From Callorhinchus milii (lineage: Eukaryota): 64,000 nucleotides of DNA. Below are positions 1 to 12,829 of the stretch, piece by piece; the first letter of the stretch is position 1, and each line of letters opens with the position of its first letter. Made by a program: the position numbers and the translations under genes. Below the pieces are notes generated by a model that saw only the letters and a program-made list of their open reading frames with translations, was not told the DNA's origin and searched no databases. The stretch lies in contig NW_024704742.1 of assembly GCF_018977255.1 (NCBI RefSeq), positions 92,320,001 to 92,384,000 of the forward strand, given 5' to 3'.

Positions 1-500
1 TAGTGATTGAGAGGATACAGAGGAGGGCAACCAAAATGATAAAGGGGATGGAGGGACTGGATTACGAGGAGCGATTAGATAAACTGGGCATGTTCACACA
101 GAAGATAAGTTTGAGGGGCGATATGATTATGTTCTTTAAGATTCTGAAGGGAATAGATAATGTAGACAATGATAAGCTATTTTATCTTGTACTGAACAGG
201 AGAACCAGAGGACACACATGGCCTGCGATTGAAGTGGGTAGCTTCAAAACAAATCTGTGGAAACACTATTTCAGTGATCGAGTAGTAAACTTATGGAACA
301 GGCTCCCTAGGGAGACGGTGGAAGCAGAAAGTGGTGTTTCAAGAACAAATTAGATAGATTTCTGATAGAAAATATTATCTGAGGATACAATGTACAGTTT
401 GGGACACAACATGTCAAGCGATTGCCAGAATGGTGGAAGGCGAACTGGATGGACCTTGGTCTTCTTTCACCTAATAAATTCTTATGTCCTTATGTTCTAA
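1..500 (+). mobile_element. CR1 LINE 3' fragment (ORF2 C-terminus and tail)
   Basis: ERIQRRATKMIKG..YEERL..RGDMI..RVVNLWNRLP, followed by a (TTCTTATG)n-like tail. Confidence 0.9.
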
Positions 501-957
501 TGTACAATGCATGCCAATTAAAGCTTAGTGTCAAGGTATCAGTGATTAAGCTCATAGATGGTAAAAACTATTATAAGTTATTATTTGCTATAGATTTTGT
601 AACTTTTTATTGTTTTATCCTATATCTGCAACACGTCATGCTATTCCTGCACACGCACTCATATAACTATACCCATATTGTTGATATGCATTTAAGCATG
701 GAAATGCCACCTGCACCTGTTATATGGGTGTTTCTTCTAATTGATTGTGTTTCCCTTGGGTGGAGGGAAAGAGTTTGCATTCCTGTGGATATTTCTGCCA
801 TATCCTTTTGTCTGTTCTCTGGCTTGGTGTATTGTCACCTTTCTATCTATTCATGTGTAATTATGTGTTCAATGTTGTTGCATCTGTTGGCAATAGACCA
901 ACAACAGTGTGAATATTTGAAAGAATTTTTGATTCAGTATCACTGAATATAGTTATG

Positions 958-1272
958 AAAATCCTTGCATTTGATATAGCAGCTTCTTACGTCTTAAAGC
1001 GCTTCACAGAATATACTGTAAACTGAATTGACTGTATGTTTTGTGGACGAAACATGTCAGCCAATTGTGCACAGCAGTTGCACAAACAGTCATGGATTGA
1101 GTAACCAATTTTTTTTTAGGGATTGTTACCCACGGAAAGCGATCGCCAATTAGATTTCAACTTTTTTGCTAGGTAAACAGAGGCACATGGAGTAAGGAAA
1201 CTTGCCTAAGGTTTCGCCCTGCCCGAGAATCGAACCCGGGTCTTCTCACTTGCGAGGCAAGTGCTCTGACTG
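958..1272 (-). mobile_element. tRNA-derived SINE, long form
   Basis: B-box GGTTCGATTC, CCTCTGTTTACCTAGC central block and the shared 3' body and tail. Confidence 0.85.
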
Positions 1273-1699
1273 AGTCAATTTACACTGGATATTGATCCAC
1301 ATTAATCAGTCAAGGAAGGGAGGAATCAGCCTAGCAGGGTAATGTAATGGGCTGTAGACTGCAGCGAGGAAAATGTCTAGGAGTTTGGAGTTCAACAGGA
1401 TAATTTCTGGGAGTTTTGGGAGATATCGTGTTGACTCCACCTCAATGGTGATCTTGGCAATGCTTTTAACTTCCCTGTAGCATATTTGGGGAGACAGCTG
1501 GAATGTGAGATAAATTTTAAAAAGATATAGAGAACCTGCTAGAGGTGTCCCAGGCACACTGGTCCAATGACCCCCTTCTGGACCGAGAAACATTTCATAT
1601 TTCTGTTTAACAGTCGGGCTCAATCTTTGAGGTGTCCAAACGATGCTAAGGCATCTTCACTGCAGTTTTTCCAACATTCTCCTGGAATTTTAAGGCTCC

Positions 1700-1922
1700 A
1701 TTATTTATGGAATTCTCTACCCCAGAAGGCTGTGGATGCTCAGTCGTTGAACAGATCGTTGATAGATTTTTAAAAACTAAAGGGATTAGGGGGTATGGGG
1801 ATACAGTGGGTAAATGGAATTAGGTTAGAAGATCAGCCATGATCTTATCAAATGGTGGGGCAGGCTTGAGGAGCCGAATGGCCTACTCCTGCTCCTATTT
1901 CTTATATTCTTATGTTCCTATG
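1700..1922 (+). mobile_element. CR1 3' end fragment
   Basis: LWNSLPQKAVDA..., GGAGCCGAATGGCCTACTCCTGCTCC and an octamer-like tail. Confidence 0.85.
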
Positions 1923-2242
1923 CTCCCCTTGTTACTGGGAGCAGGAATTTTTCCCACTTGGCTCCTGTTAATCCTGTAGGTTGGTCCAGCTTGACAAGCA
2001 GAGGGAAACTTGTGAAACAGTGGCAAGCTCATGAGATTTTAACTGGTTAGACTCCAGCAGTATCCCAACCATCAACTAACTACCTCTTTAATTATCACGA
2101 AGGCAGACTTGAGATGGTTGTTGATTACACAATTAAGACAATGCAGTACAGCTCCAACATTAGAGACCTCGACTTATCATTTCATTAATCAAGTGAGATT
2201 CCCTCAAATCAACCCGTCCAAATCAGATTTCTCTGAACCCTT

Positions 2243-2652
2243 AATAATAATCTTTGCATTTGATATTGCACCTTTTTCACATCATTGAGACATCTCAAAG
2301 CGTTTCACAGGATACACTGTAAAGTGTATTTTGTGGGGAAAGTGCAGCAGCCAGTTTGCGCACAGCAATGTCCCAAACAATGCAGCCATGCAGTGAATGA
2401 TCAATTTTATTTTAGGGATTTGTTGCCCAGGACAGGGGGAGAAACTCCCTTCTCTTTTCAAATACTGCCATGGGATCTTTAACATCCACCTGAACGTGCA
2501 GACGGGACTTCAGTTTAACATCTGTCCGAAGGACGGCACCTCCGACAATGCAACACCCACACAACACTGCATTGGAGCGTCAGCTTAGATTATGTGATTC
2601 CAAGTACTGACTTGAACCCACAACCTTCTAACTCAGCTGCCAACTGAGCAAG
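2243..2652 (-). mobile_element. Deu-domain SINE (SacSINE1/AmnSINE-like)
   Basis: Deu core on the minus strand: GGAGGTGCCGTCCTTCGGA..GTTAAACTGAAGTCCCGTCTGC..CAGGTGGATGTTAAAGATCCCATGGCA. tRNA-like head and L2-type tail. Confidence 0.85.
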
Positions 2653-3374
2653 ATTGACATATTTATTTTCCCTTCAGGCTTGGAGGAGCCTCTGACTCAA
2701 TTGTTTAATGACAGAGTGAAGAATGGAACCAGGGAAATTAAGTAAATATTGCACAACAAATTCATGGAAAAATGAAACAGTAATGAAGTCACAGGAGCCA
2801 AGTTTTAAAATATTCATTAATTGTTTAAACTTTTTCTTATGTGCATTTGCATCCAAATTTATACAACATGTGATGGAATTATTAAAACCATTAGTAGTGG
2901 ATTTTATTGCAATGCATTAGAAACTGCCAATCAGTTTCTCACAAAATATTGGCGTGGCTCATTACCATGCCATGGGATAATAATTCCTTCAAAAAAATAT
3001 AATAATAAATTGGTCCACTGGCTTCCCACTGCTGTGCACAATTGTCTACCAAGTTTCACCCACAAAATATACAGTCGATTCACTTTTCAGTATATTCTGT
3101 GAAGCGCTTTGAGACGTCTCAAAGATGTGATAAGGCACTATATCAAATGCAACAATTATTATTGTCAAACAAGCAGTTATTGTGCTTCTTAACCATATTT
3201 AAAATTGGTCCTCTCTAAATGAAACCCTTCTGTCTTACATTAATATTCATGATAAAAGTTATCGCAATAACAAGTTCCCTTCTTGGATTGCTATTGTTTT
3301 GACTCTGATTGTGGACTTTCAGATTTTTGCTTTACAGATATTGATTTAGTTAAATCATGATTTCAATACAAATT

Positions 3375-6210
3375 ACAACAACAACAAAATTACATTTATA
3401 GAACGCCTTTTATGTCAGGAGGATGTCCCAAAGCGCTGAACAGTCAGGTGTCGGGGCCTGAGCATGAGGGAGGGGTGGTGTAGGGGTGAGGGAAGGCAGA
3501 GAGGTGGGAGGAGGACTAAAGGCACAATCAAAGAGAAGATTCTTGAGACCGGCCTTGAAGGAGGCAGGGAGGAACCGAGGCGAAGGGACCTGGGATGGAG
3601 TTCCAGAGTGTGGGGGCAGAGAGGCTGAAAGCCCGGCCACCGATGATAGAGCGGGTTTGGCGGAAGACATGGAACCTGATGAACTGAGGGAGCGGGCAGG
3701 TTGGTACGGAGTCAGCAGGTCAGAGAGGTAGGATGGGGCAAGGCCATGGATGGCCTTAAAGGTGAGGACGAGGATCTTGAACTTGATCCTCTAGGGGATG
3801 GGGAGCCAGTGGAGACGGACAAGGGTGGGAGTGACGGGTTCATGGAGCCTGATGCATGAGAGTATACGATTTGTAGAGTTTTGGATGATCTGCAGCTTGT
3901 GAAGGGAAGAGTTGGGAAGGCCGATGAGGAGGGAGTTTCTGTAATCGAGCCTTGATGTGACGAATGCGTGGGTGAGGGTTTCGGCAGCCTGAGGGGTGAG
4001 GCAGTGGCGGAGTCTGGCAATGTTGCGGAGGTGGTGGTAGGCAGTGCCGGTCATGGCGCAGATGTGGGGAAGAAAGGACATTTCAGGGTCAAACAAGATA
4101 TCCAGGTTCCTGAATGGCTTAGTGAGGTTGAGTGTCCAGCTGTGGAGGCTGATGCTGCCAGTGCCAGAGGTGCAGAGGCGCTGGCGCGAGCCAATCAGGA
4201 GGGCCTCAGTCTTGCTGACGTTGAGTTGGAGAAAGTTGGCCCTTGTCCAGGACTCGATGTCTGACAGGCAGTCGGTCAGGATGCCAGTAGTCCTGGAGTT
4301 GAGGGTTTAGGCAGAGAGGTAGAGTTGGGTGTGGAAATTTACCCCATGTCTGCGGATAACGTAACCAAGGGGGAGCATGTAGAAGGTGAAGAGGAGGGGA
4401 CCGAGGACAGAGCCCTGAGGAACACCACACGAGACAGTGCGGGGGCTGGAGGAGAAGCCGTTTGCTGCGACGAAGTGGAGGCAGTGTGAAATGTAGGACC
4501 TGAACCAGTCAAGGACAGAACCTTGAAGATTGAGGTGGGAGGAGAGGCAATGGAGGAGGATTGAGTGGTCCACAATGTCAAAGGGGACAGAGAGGTCGAG
4601 GAGGATGAGGAGGCAGAGGGAGCCCTGGTCACACATGGTCAGGATGTCGTTTGTGACCTTGACAAGAGCAGTTCATGGGGGGAGGGCTTAATGGAACGAG
4701 AGAGAAGAGAGGAAAGAGTGAATCTGGGAGGCAACAGCTCTCTCAAGGACCTTGGATAGGAAGAGAAAATTTGAGATGGGCCAGTAGCTGGATAGCTGTG
4801 ATGGGTCGAGGGAAGGTTTCTTCAAGGTGGGGGTGATAGTGGCTGTTTTGAGGGGGGGAAGGAACAGTGCCAGGTGACAGGGAGAGGTTGATGATGTCGG
4901 CGAGTAGTGGGGCAAGGAAGTGGAGCTGGGATTTAAGGAGAGGGGTGGGGATAGGGTCCAGAGAGCAGGTGGTGGGCTTCATGGAGGATATGGTGGTGAT
5001 GATAGAGGAGGGGGTGACAGGTTCAAAGGTGTGGAAGGAGGGATGGGTAATTGTCAGATGTGTGGGGTGTGGGTAGGGAGGAGGTGGAAGTTGGGAGGGC
5101 AAAGGCAACTGAGCGGAATCCCTCAATTTAGGACTCAAGGAAGTCCAGCATTTCCTCGCAGTGAGAGTCAGAGGAAAGAATCTGCGAGGCATGTTGGGGA
5201 GGGCAGAGGAGCCAGTTGGTGGGGAGAACAGGAGCCTGGGGTTGTCCTTCGCCTCCAGGATTAACCTGGAATAGAAGGATGATTTGGCTGAGGTGAGAGT
5301 GGAGTGGTAGATTTTGATGTGGTCCAGCCAAATGTGGTGGTGGCCCATTAGGCTGGATTTGAGCCAAGTGTGTTCGGCAGCCCACGCCTGGCCGTTAAGT
5401 GAGCAGAGGTGGCTGGTGAACCAGAGTGAGGATCGGGAATAGGAGGCAGTTCGGCAGGTGAGGAGGGTAAGGATGTCGAGTGTGGTGGAGAGAGTGCTAC
5501 GGAGAAGAGTGAGTGCAGCGAGTTGGTTGTTGTGAGAGGTGGGCCAGAGGGGGAGGAGTTCAGAGGACTCCAGGGCAGCGGAGAGGGATTGCGGGGAGAT
5601 CTTCTTCAACGGGTGGTAGAAGATGGTGGTAGGTTTGGAGGCGGTGGGGAGAGGCATATGGAAGTTGAGGGAGATGAAGTGGTGGTCAGAGATGGCCTTG
5701 TCAGTGATGGTGACATCTGAGATGCTGAGGCCCCAGGTGATCACCAGGTCGAGCGGGTGACCATGAGTGTGGGTAGCAGAGTGGATGTGGAGGGAAAGGT
5801 TGAGAGAGGAGAGGAGAGAGGAGAAGTCTGAGGAAGTGGAGCAAGAGGGGGTGAAGTCGCCTAGGATGATGAGGCAGCTGGAGAAAAGGGAAGAAAGGAG
5901 GTTGGAGATGTCAGAGATGAAGGTGGGAGAGGATTTTGGGGGGCGTTAAAGTAAGAGAATTTTCAGAGAGAGGTGGGTGGGATGGCGGAGCATAAGGTGT
6001 TCGAAAGAGGGGAGCGAGCCGGTGGAATAGGAGGATAGGGCAAGTGACGCCCTGGATATGAGGGCCACACCACCGCCACGACGGTTCGGGTGTGGGGCAT
6101 GGTGGTAGGTGAAGCCGGGTGGTGTGGCCTCAGTGAGAGGGAAGGTGTCACCTGGGGTGATCCAGGTTTCTGTGAGTGCCATGATGTCAATGTTCTCATC
6201 GAGTTGGAGA
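3375..6210 (-). mobile_element. L2 LINE, near-complete but frameshifted ORF2 (APE endonuclease plus RT) with 3' UTR and (TTG)n tail
   Basis: IDIMALTETW..RRGGGVA (endonuclease), TTCSLDPIPT, LLDLSxxFD, GVPQGSVLGPLLF, HAFVTSRLDY, RLHWLPI. Confidence 0.95.
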
Positions 6211-7864
6211 TGACACGGACATTTTGAAGGCACTATACACAAATTACATTTACAAGGCCTTTCACATTGGGAGAGTTTCTCAAAGCGCTTGACACTGGTG
6301 ACTGGGTACCCAAGTAGTTAGTGGGGGCACAATGGTTGAAAGCGTACCTGTCAATGGTAGTACATCAATTTGCACAAATTGGCTTCTGCATCCACCTACA
6401 AATTGCATAGTCACTACACCTTACAGTAAATCTTTTGAAGGACTTTGTATTGTCCTCCTGATGTGAAAGGCGCTATTTAAAAAGCAAGGATTATTTAAGA
6501 CTTTTTTTAAAACAAGCTTCATTGATACAGGGAATGAAGTGGAGCTGGGATTTAAGGAGAGGGGTGACAACAGTTGCATTCAATGAGCTAAATGACCTTC
6601 TGTAATATTTATATTTCTACGAATAAATTGAGCGAACAAATCTACAGAAACAATTTTGAAGACTATTTGAAGACACCTTTTTCTGAGTACAGTAAACTCC
6701 TGATAACAAAACCCTGTCTTGACTTGTCACTACCATTTAAGTTGCCATGCTGTCAATATCCTGGCCCCGGTTCACATGTAAAATGTTGATAAAGGATTCA
6801 GTTGACTTGTCACTTCAATTATCACGTATCTCATTCTGGAAATTCTTGTAATTATTTACAATGTAAAATTGATCAGATAACTCATGCTACAAGATGGTGT
6901 CTTGCATCCCAGAGGCTTCCTGCCCTATCCTGTGACTGGTGCAGGCTCTCGGCTGTCATAGGATAGGGCGGGAGGCTACAGTTCGATCCTCCAATAGACC
7001 AGAGGTCGCTGGGACAGGAGAGGGTGGGAGTCAATGTCCCAGGCCCCAAATAGACAATCTGAGAATGCGCACCCAACCTCCACCAAGAGCCCTCACCAGT
7101 TACACCTATACTTAACTCACCACTGCAGATAACTTGTCACTGAACTCTTTTTCCTTGGAGTGATGAGTAGCCAGAGTTTAAACCTGTCGCAGGTTGTGAT
7201 CCACAGATGATACATGTTCATTTATTGCACTTTTGTGAATGTGAAAAGATGTGATTTGGTGCTGTTGAATGAAGCGCTATATTATTCATGAGATTTACAC
7301 TTAAAAGTTTGGGAAAGATTTTACGTGAATACTTCTGCTGATGCTCTTATCTTGTACATTTAAGCAGTATAGGGAGTATTTTTCTGTGAAGCACAACACT
7401 CTACAATTCACTCGGCAGGGATAATGGCTTTCTCCTTGTAAATCATCATTCCAGCGCTTTGGTTGCATGTTTGAGTACATTTGAGCTACCCTAAGCTGGG
7501 CTAAGTACTCTTCACAAGCACTGCTCAGCTTCCTAAAGCACATGAATAATGGAAACTATTATTCAAACGTGAATCTGAGGCTTATAAAATACTTGAGAAA
7601 TGCTCCTTATTCACCACATTCACTGTAGCGATCAATAAGATATGGGTGCTTTTGTTGATTAATGCAAACCACAGATATTTTGATAACTAATCTTTGACTA
7701 ATTTTATTGATCACTGTTAATGCATTGTTTACTGTTGGTCATACATTATCTAGCTCCAATGTATTATGAGATATGTTTGAATTAAACTGGAATAAATAAT
7801 AATAACAATAATCCTTGCAAGTGAATTGACTGTATATTTTGTGGGCAAAACTGTATGTAGTAAT

Positions 7865-8165
7865 AATAACAATAATTCTTGCATTTGATATAGCACCTTA
7901 TCACATCGTTGAGACATCTCAAAGCACTTCACAGGATACTGTAAAGTGAATTGACTGTATTTTTTGTGGGCGAAATGCAGCAGCCAATTGCTCACAGCAA
8001 TGTCCCACAAACAGTCGTGGTTTAAGTGACTAAATTATTATTATTTTATTTCTGTATTTATTTATTTTTGGCGGGATTATTAACCCGGAAAGCAATCTGG
8101 CAATCAACTAAGAACTAGGTAAACAGAATCGTGTGGAGTAAGGAAACTTGCCTAAAGTTTCACCC
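7865..8165 (-). mobile_element. tRNA-derived SINE, long form, 5'-truncated
   Basis: TTTCCTTACTCCACACG..CTGTTTACCTAG block plus the shared 3' body. Confidence 0.8.
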
Positions 8166-8334
8166 CTAGTCATCCTTTGACTAATCATACTTTTTCCCTC
8201 ATATTTTCTTACTCTCATGAAGGTCCTCGCTCCTTCTTAAGAACTGCTCAATTGCAGCCTAAACCGTGAATGTCAGTAGGTTAGTGAGTGCCTAATGTAG
8301 CCTGATCCCATCCTCACCAACCTATACCCATAGA

Positions 8335-8495
8335 TACACACAAAATACACACACAGAACACACACACACACACAGACACAAATACAGACACACACAAAAT
8401 ACATAAGCACAGACACTCATAAAATACACACACGTACCAAGAACACTCATGGACACATATATGCACACACATACACTTTTACTTGCATTCAACAC
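8335..8495 (+). repeat. Imperfect (CA)n microsatellite
   Basis: Directly visible. Confidence 0.9.
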
Positions 8496-9764
8496 ACAGA
8501 ATTTCCAGCAAGGGTGTTGCATAAAAATCAAAAGCAAGAAACCTGGCTATTTTGCCCCTTTCGAACCATAGGGTACTGAGGTTACCTCTAGTGTCCGTAT
8601 TATCCCATCACATTTGATATAACAATCCCTCAGAAAAAATTGGTTATTCACTTCATGACTGTTTGCAGGGCATGCTGTGCACAAATTGCCACATTTGCCT
8701 ACAAACACAATCATTACACTTCTCAGTAAAATCCTGTGAAGCGCTTTGAGACAGTGTGGCAACGTGATAAGGTGCTATATCAAATGCAATGATTATTATT
8801 ATATTTAATGGATTCATGTCTGGTGATATAACGTGTATGTTATAGGTGGAGTGGAGTGGTAAGCTATGTGTTCCCATATAATACATTCTCTGCAATGCTG
8901 CATTGGAGGGAGAGAAGAGTGGTAAAAATTGAAACAGATGTTTCCCCACAGAAGTGGTGGGCAGTCAGAGAAGATCTGCAGGGGGGCAGCAAGGTATGGT
9001 TGAATAGTGGGGATCGTGGGGATGGATCAACATTCTGGAAACTTTCATTTGATTGTTGAGGATCAGGGGGGAGCGTCTATGAAGACAGTAGATTTAGGGT
9101 TGCAAAAGGTAATTTCACAACAGACACCATGAAGGGTAATTAATGACTGGAAGAGATTGCCAGGAAGGCTGGTTGAGGCCAAGATTAATTTACAGAACAG
9201 TTTGATGGTGTGATTGGAAGATAGTAGGGTGTGNAAAACTTTCTGTCAGAAGACAGTGGGTGGAGAAGTGTCTCTTGCTGGTTAGGTTTTGATAGGCCAA
9301 GTGATAGCTTCAATTCAATTTTTTAATGCTCCTAATGGAAACACAATACAGGTAAATTTGCATAAGTTATCACTTTATAAATCGCATAATCGCCTAAGTC
9401 ACTCATGCAAGCACCAGAGTCCCATTTACTTTCCTACCAAAAACCATTTAGATTTCTTTGCACTCATCATATTTTACAAATTGAATAAACCATTAAATCG
9501 TAATGTTTTCTTGGTGCCAAATAATCCTAAATCCTAATGCAAATCATCTCCTTAATGTGTTTCACCACTACCACTGCCACCTGTTGCGTTAATAATAATA
9601 ATCCTTGAATTTTATATCACGCCTTATCACTTCATTGAGATGTCTCAAAGGGATTCACAAAATTCAGTCAATCCACTTTACAGTATATCTTGTGAAGCGT
9701 TTTGAGACTACGTGATAAGGTACTATGCCAAATGCAAAGATTATTAACCATTGATTTAGGCAAT

Positions 9765-10620
9765 TATACCATGCCATGACACGCTCTGCCTTCCCCCACT
9801 TCTGCAACATTGCCCAGCAACGCCACTGCCTCACCCCTCAGGCCACCAAAACCCTCATCCAAGCATTCATCACATCTTGGCTCGACTACACCAACTACCT
9901 GCTTGCGGGCCTTCCTAACTCTTCCTTCCGCAAGCTGCAGATCATCCAGAACTCTGCAGCTTGTGTCCTCTCTCCCACCAGGCTCCGTGACCCCATCACC
10001 CCAACTCTCGTCTGGCTCCCTATCCCCCAATACTCATCATAATAGGTAAAAATACTAGTCCTTACCTTCAAGGCCCTCCACGGCCTTGCCCCTTTCTACG
10101 TTTGTGACCTGCTAACCCCATATCAACCTGTCCATTCTCTCTGCTTAACAGGCTCTGGCCTTCTCCACATCCCCCGTCCAGCCTACCCCATCATCGGTGG
10201 TCGGGCCTTCAACAACCCAACAACAACAACAACAACAAGATTCCATTTATAAAGCGCCTTTCACGTCAGGAGGACGTCCCAAGGCGCTGACAAGGCAACA
10301 ACAACAACTTGCACTTATATAGCGCTCTCCACACAGGGTAGCATATCAGAGTGCATCAACCTCTCTGCCCCCACCCTTTGGATCTCCATATTACATTCCC
10401 TTCACCTAACCCATTCCTTTGCCTCCTTCAAGGCATGTCTCAAGAACCTCCTCTACTACCGCATCTTTGGCTATCCTCCTACCCTCCCTGCCCTCCACCC
10501 TCCCTTATCCTAACTTTCCCCCCTACTCAGGTTGAAATCTCTGACTGTCCAGAGCCTTGGATATCGTCCTGACGTGAAAGGCACAATACAAATGTCATTT
10601 TGTATTGTATTTTGTATTGT
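9765..10620 (+). mobile_element. L2 3' fragment interrupted at ~10213-10352 by two antisense L2 tails
   Basis: QAFITSWLDYTN..LQIIQNSAA. The L2 3' region resumes after the insert. Confidence 0.9.
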
Positions 10621-12829
10621 ATATTATTGCAAAATAATAATTTATATTATTAAAAAAATACATCCACAGAGATTCCCAAATAGCATTTGGAATTGTGAAA
10701 TGTTTGCCCCTCAGTCTCCCCAGTGATTTGCATAGTGTGTATGCCTGTTGCTACCAGTCATAAATATACGTTACCGGAGTGGAAGGCAAATGTGTGTTCA
10801 ATGGACATTAGTTTGCACGACAGCTAAAATCAAGGGGGGGGAAGAACATGAATTAACACTAGTAATATTTTGTTGTTTTAACAAAATAATTGAACCCCAC
10901 CTCCCCCATACACAGTTTCAAATGATTCCATTATTAATGAACAGCCAGAATTTTGATCCTGTAATGTTGCCCTTATGTCATCAGTGAGTGCTTGATACTT
11001 AGCAGTGCAGGCCTGAAATGGTGAAGGATTCAATTCCCCAGCAAGCCAAAATATCCTTTACTGTGATAAAAATTACCATGACGAAGAAAGGAACTTTCGA
11101 AGAATCATCACCACAACCAAACGCTTCTGACTTAGAACCAACCATCAAAAGTATTAAGTTTAACAGTTCAGTGAATTTTTTCCATGCATGAGAGATACTT
11201 TATTACAACAGTCTCAGTTACACATATACAGAATCATGCACACACATGTGCAGGGGCACGGGTTTACTAGTTGGCATGCCTGACCACCATTGAGTGTATG
11301 AGAAGTATGGAATGTTTTTTAGATAAGATTAAACAGTATTTTTCTTTCTTAATGTCTTCCTCCTACTTAAATACATCAGCAGAATAGTGTTACAATTTTG
11401 GACAAATATGAATAGGGGATACAATTTCAAGATCAATCTGGTCAAACAAGTTTCATAAACTTAAGAGATGTACAACTGGATTAGAGAGTGCAATTTGTAG
11501 CTTCCATTTAAACAGTTCATGTTCAGGCCAGTTGAGAAAGCCTGGGCTGGGCTGCATAGAGTAGGGTTTATGTATTAGTAAGCTGTGCAGAACAAGATGA
11601 CTGCACCTGCCTTATTGTGCTTCATGCTATTTTTCATCTTGTGTGTTCAGTGAAGTTTGACTGACTCTATACATGTGCAGTGTAATGGAACGCTTCACTT
11701 CAGTCCTGCATTCAGGATTTTCCCAAATGCAAAACACTTCTATTGGCAGAACTTTCCTATGTTCATAAAGGTATCACAAACATTTATAAATATAACAAAA
11801 GATATAGCGGCAAACGTATTTTGTGTCAGTGCGATTTGCAAGAAAGAAAATCCACAGTCGTTGCAATTCAACCTTTATAAAGGTTAAACTTGTAATTGCT
11901 GCTCTTGGATGTTAGATTTGAAGTATATCTCTGATATGTGCTATCATATGTGTTAAGTAAACCTCTGATAAGCGCTCGAGACACTGCCCCGCGTGAAGGG
12001 CGCTATATAAATGTAAGACGTTGTTGTTGATATCTACTGTCTAATATGCGCTAAATCATAAAAGAAAAGATTATTGGGGGGGGGGGGGAGTGCTATCTTG
12101 CATGCAATAACTGATGGATCCTCACAGTTTTCCCACGTCTCCTGAACCTGTATGCCTGTATGTCTTGATCCCCCTAAAAAAGCCTTTGTTTAACATATTG
12201 TCGCAGAAAGCTAATATGCCCCAAACCCAGCTTTTGTGCCATTCTACTAGATGGCAGTGCGAGGTGACAAGAACGAGCATTAGGAAGTTAGAGATAAAAA
12301 TCTGAAGAAAAGAAAAATGATAATAGGCGTTTACTTGAGATACTGGACAGTGAAAGGTGCTACATGTTCTCCACATCAGCCACCATACTACGAAAGTACA
12401 GGAAAAAAACATGATAAAAAATCTACACAGGGATCATATTCATTTGGAAAAATGTGTGATGGTAGAGATAGCTCAGGGAAACCAACCTGTGTGTGAGACC
12501 TAATGGGAGCCAATTTGCTCAATTTCTCTAACCCTCAATCAACTGTTCGAATTGCTCTGAATTCTCTAATTAAATCTTTCTGACTTCCCTTCTCGTGCCC
12601 CCTCTCCCCCCAGCCCTCCCCCCTCACACACATACGATTGAAAGGACTCAACCCTCCTCAGGAGAATGGCATTGATCAGGCTTGTCCCTTTTTCTGCCTT
12701 TATAAATCACTGAGAGCCCTGGAGTGCTTGAGCTGACATCCCTCACTTTGATGCCAGAAAAAAATCTAAATTTTAGAACATTGAAATCACTCAGATGCAA
12801 CACACTGTGCAGAATAATGAATCCAACAT

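Noticed and set aside
422..946. 174-aa hydrophobic ORF
   Set aside because: Starts inside a CR1 tail at a non-ATG codon, has T-rich composition and no recognisable domain.
3375..6210. Active or domesticated L2 ORF2
   Set aside because: Multiple frameshifts, the YADD motif region is deleted, and the 5' end is truncated.
8322..8537. Cys/Val-rich ORF
   Set aside because: Translation of the (TG)n microsatellite.
9234..9234. Single N base
   Set aside because: Assembly ambiguity within a decayed CR1 tail; not biological.
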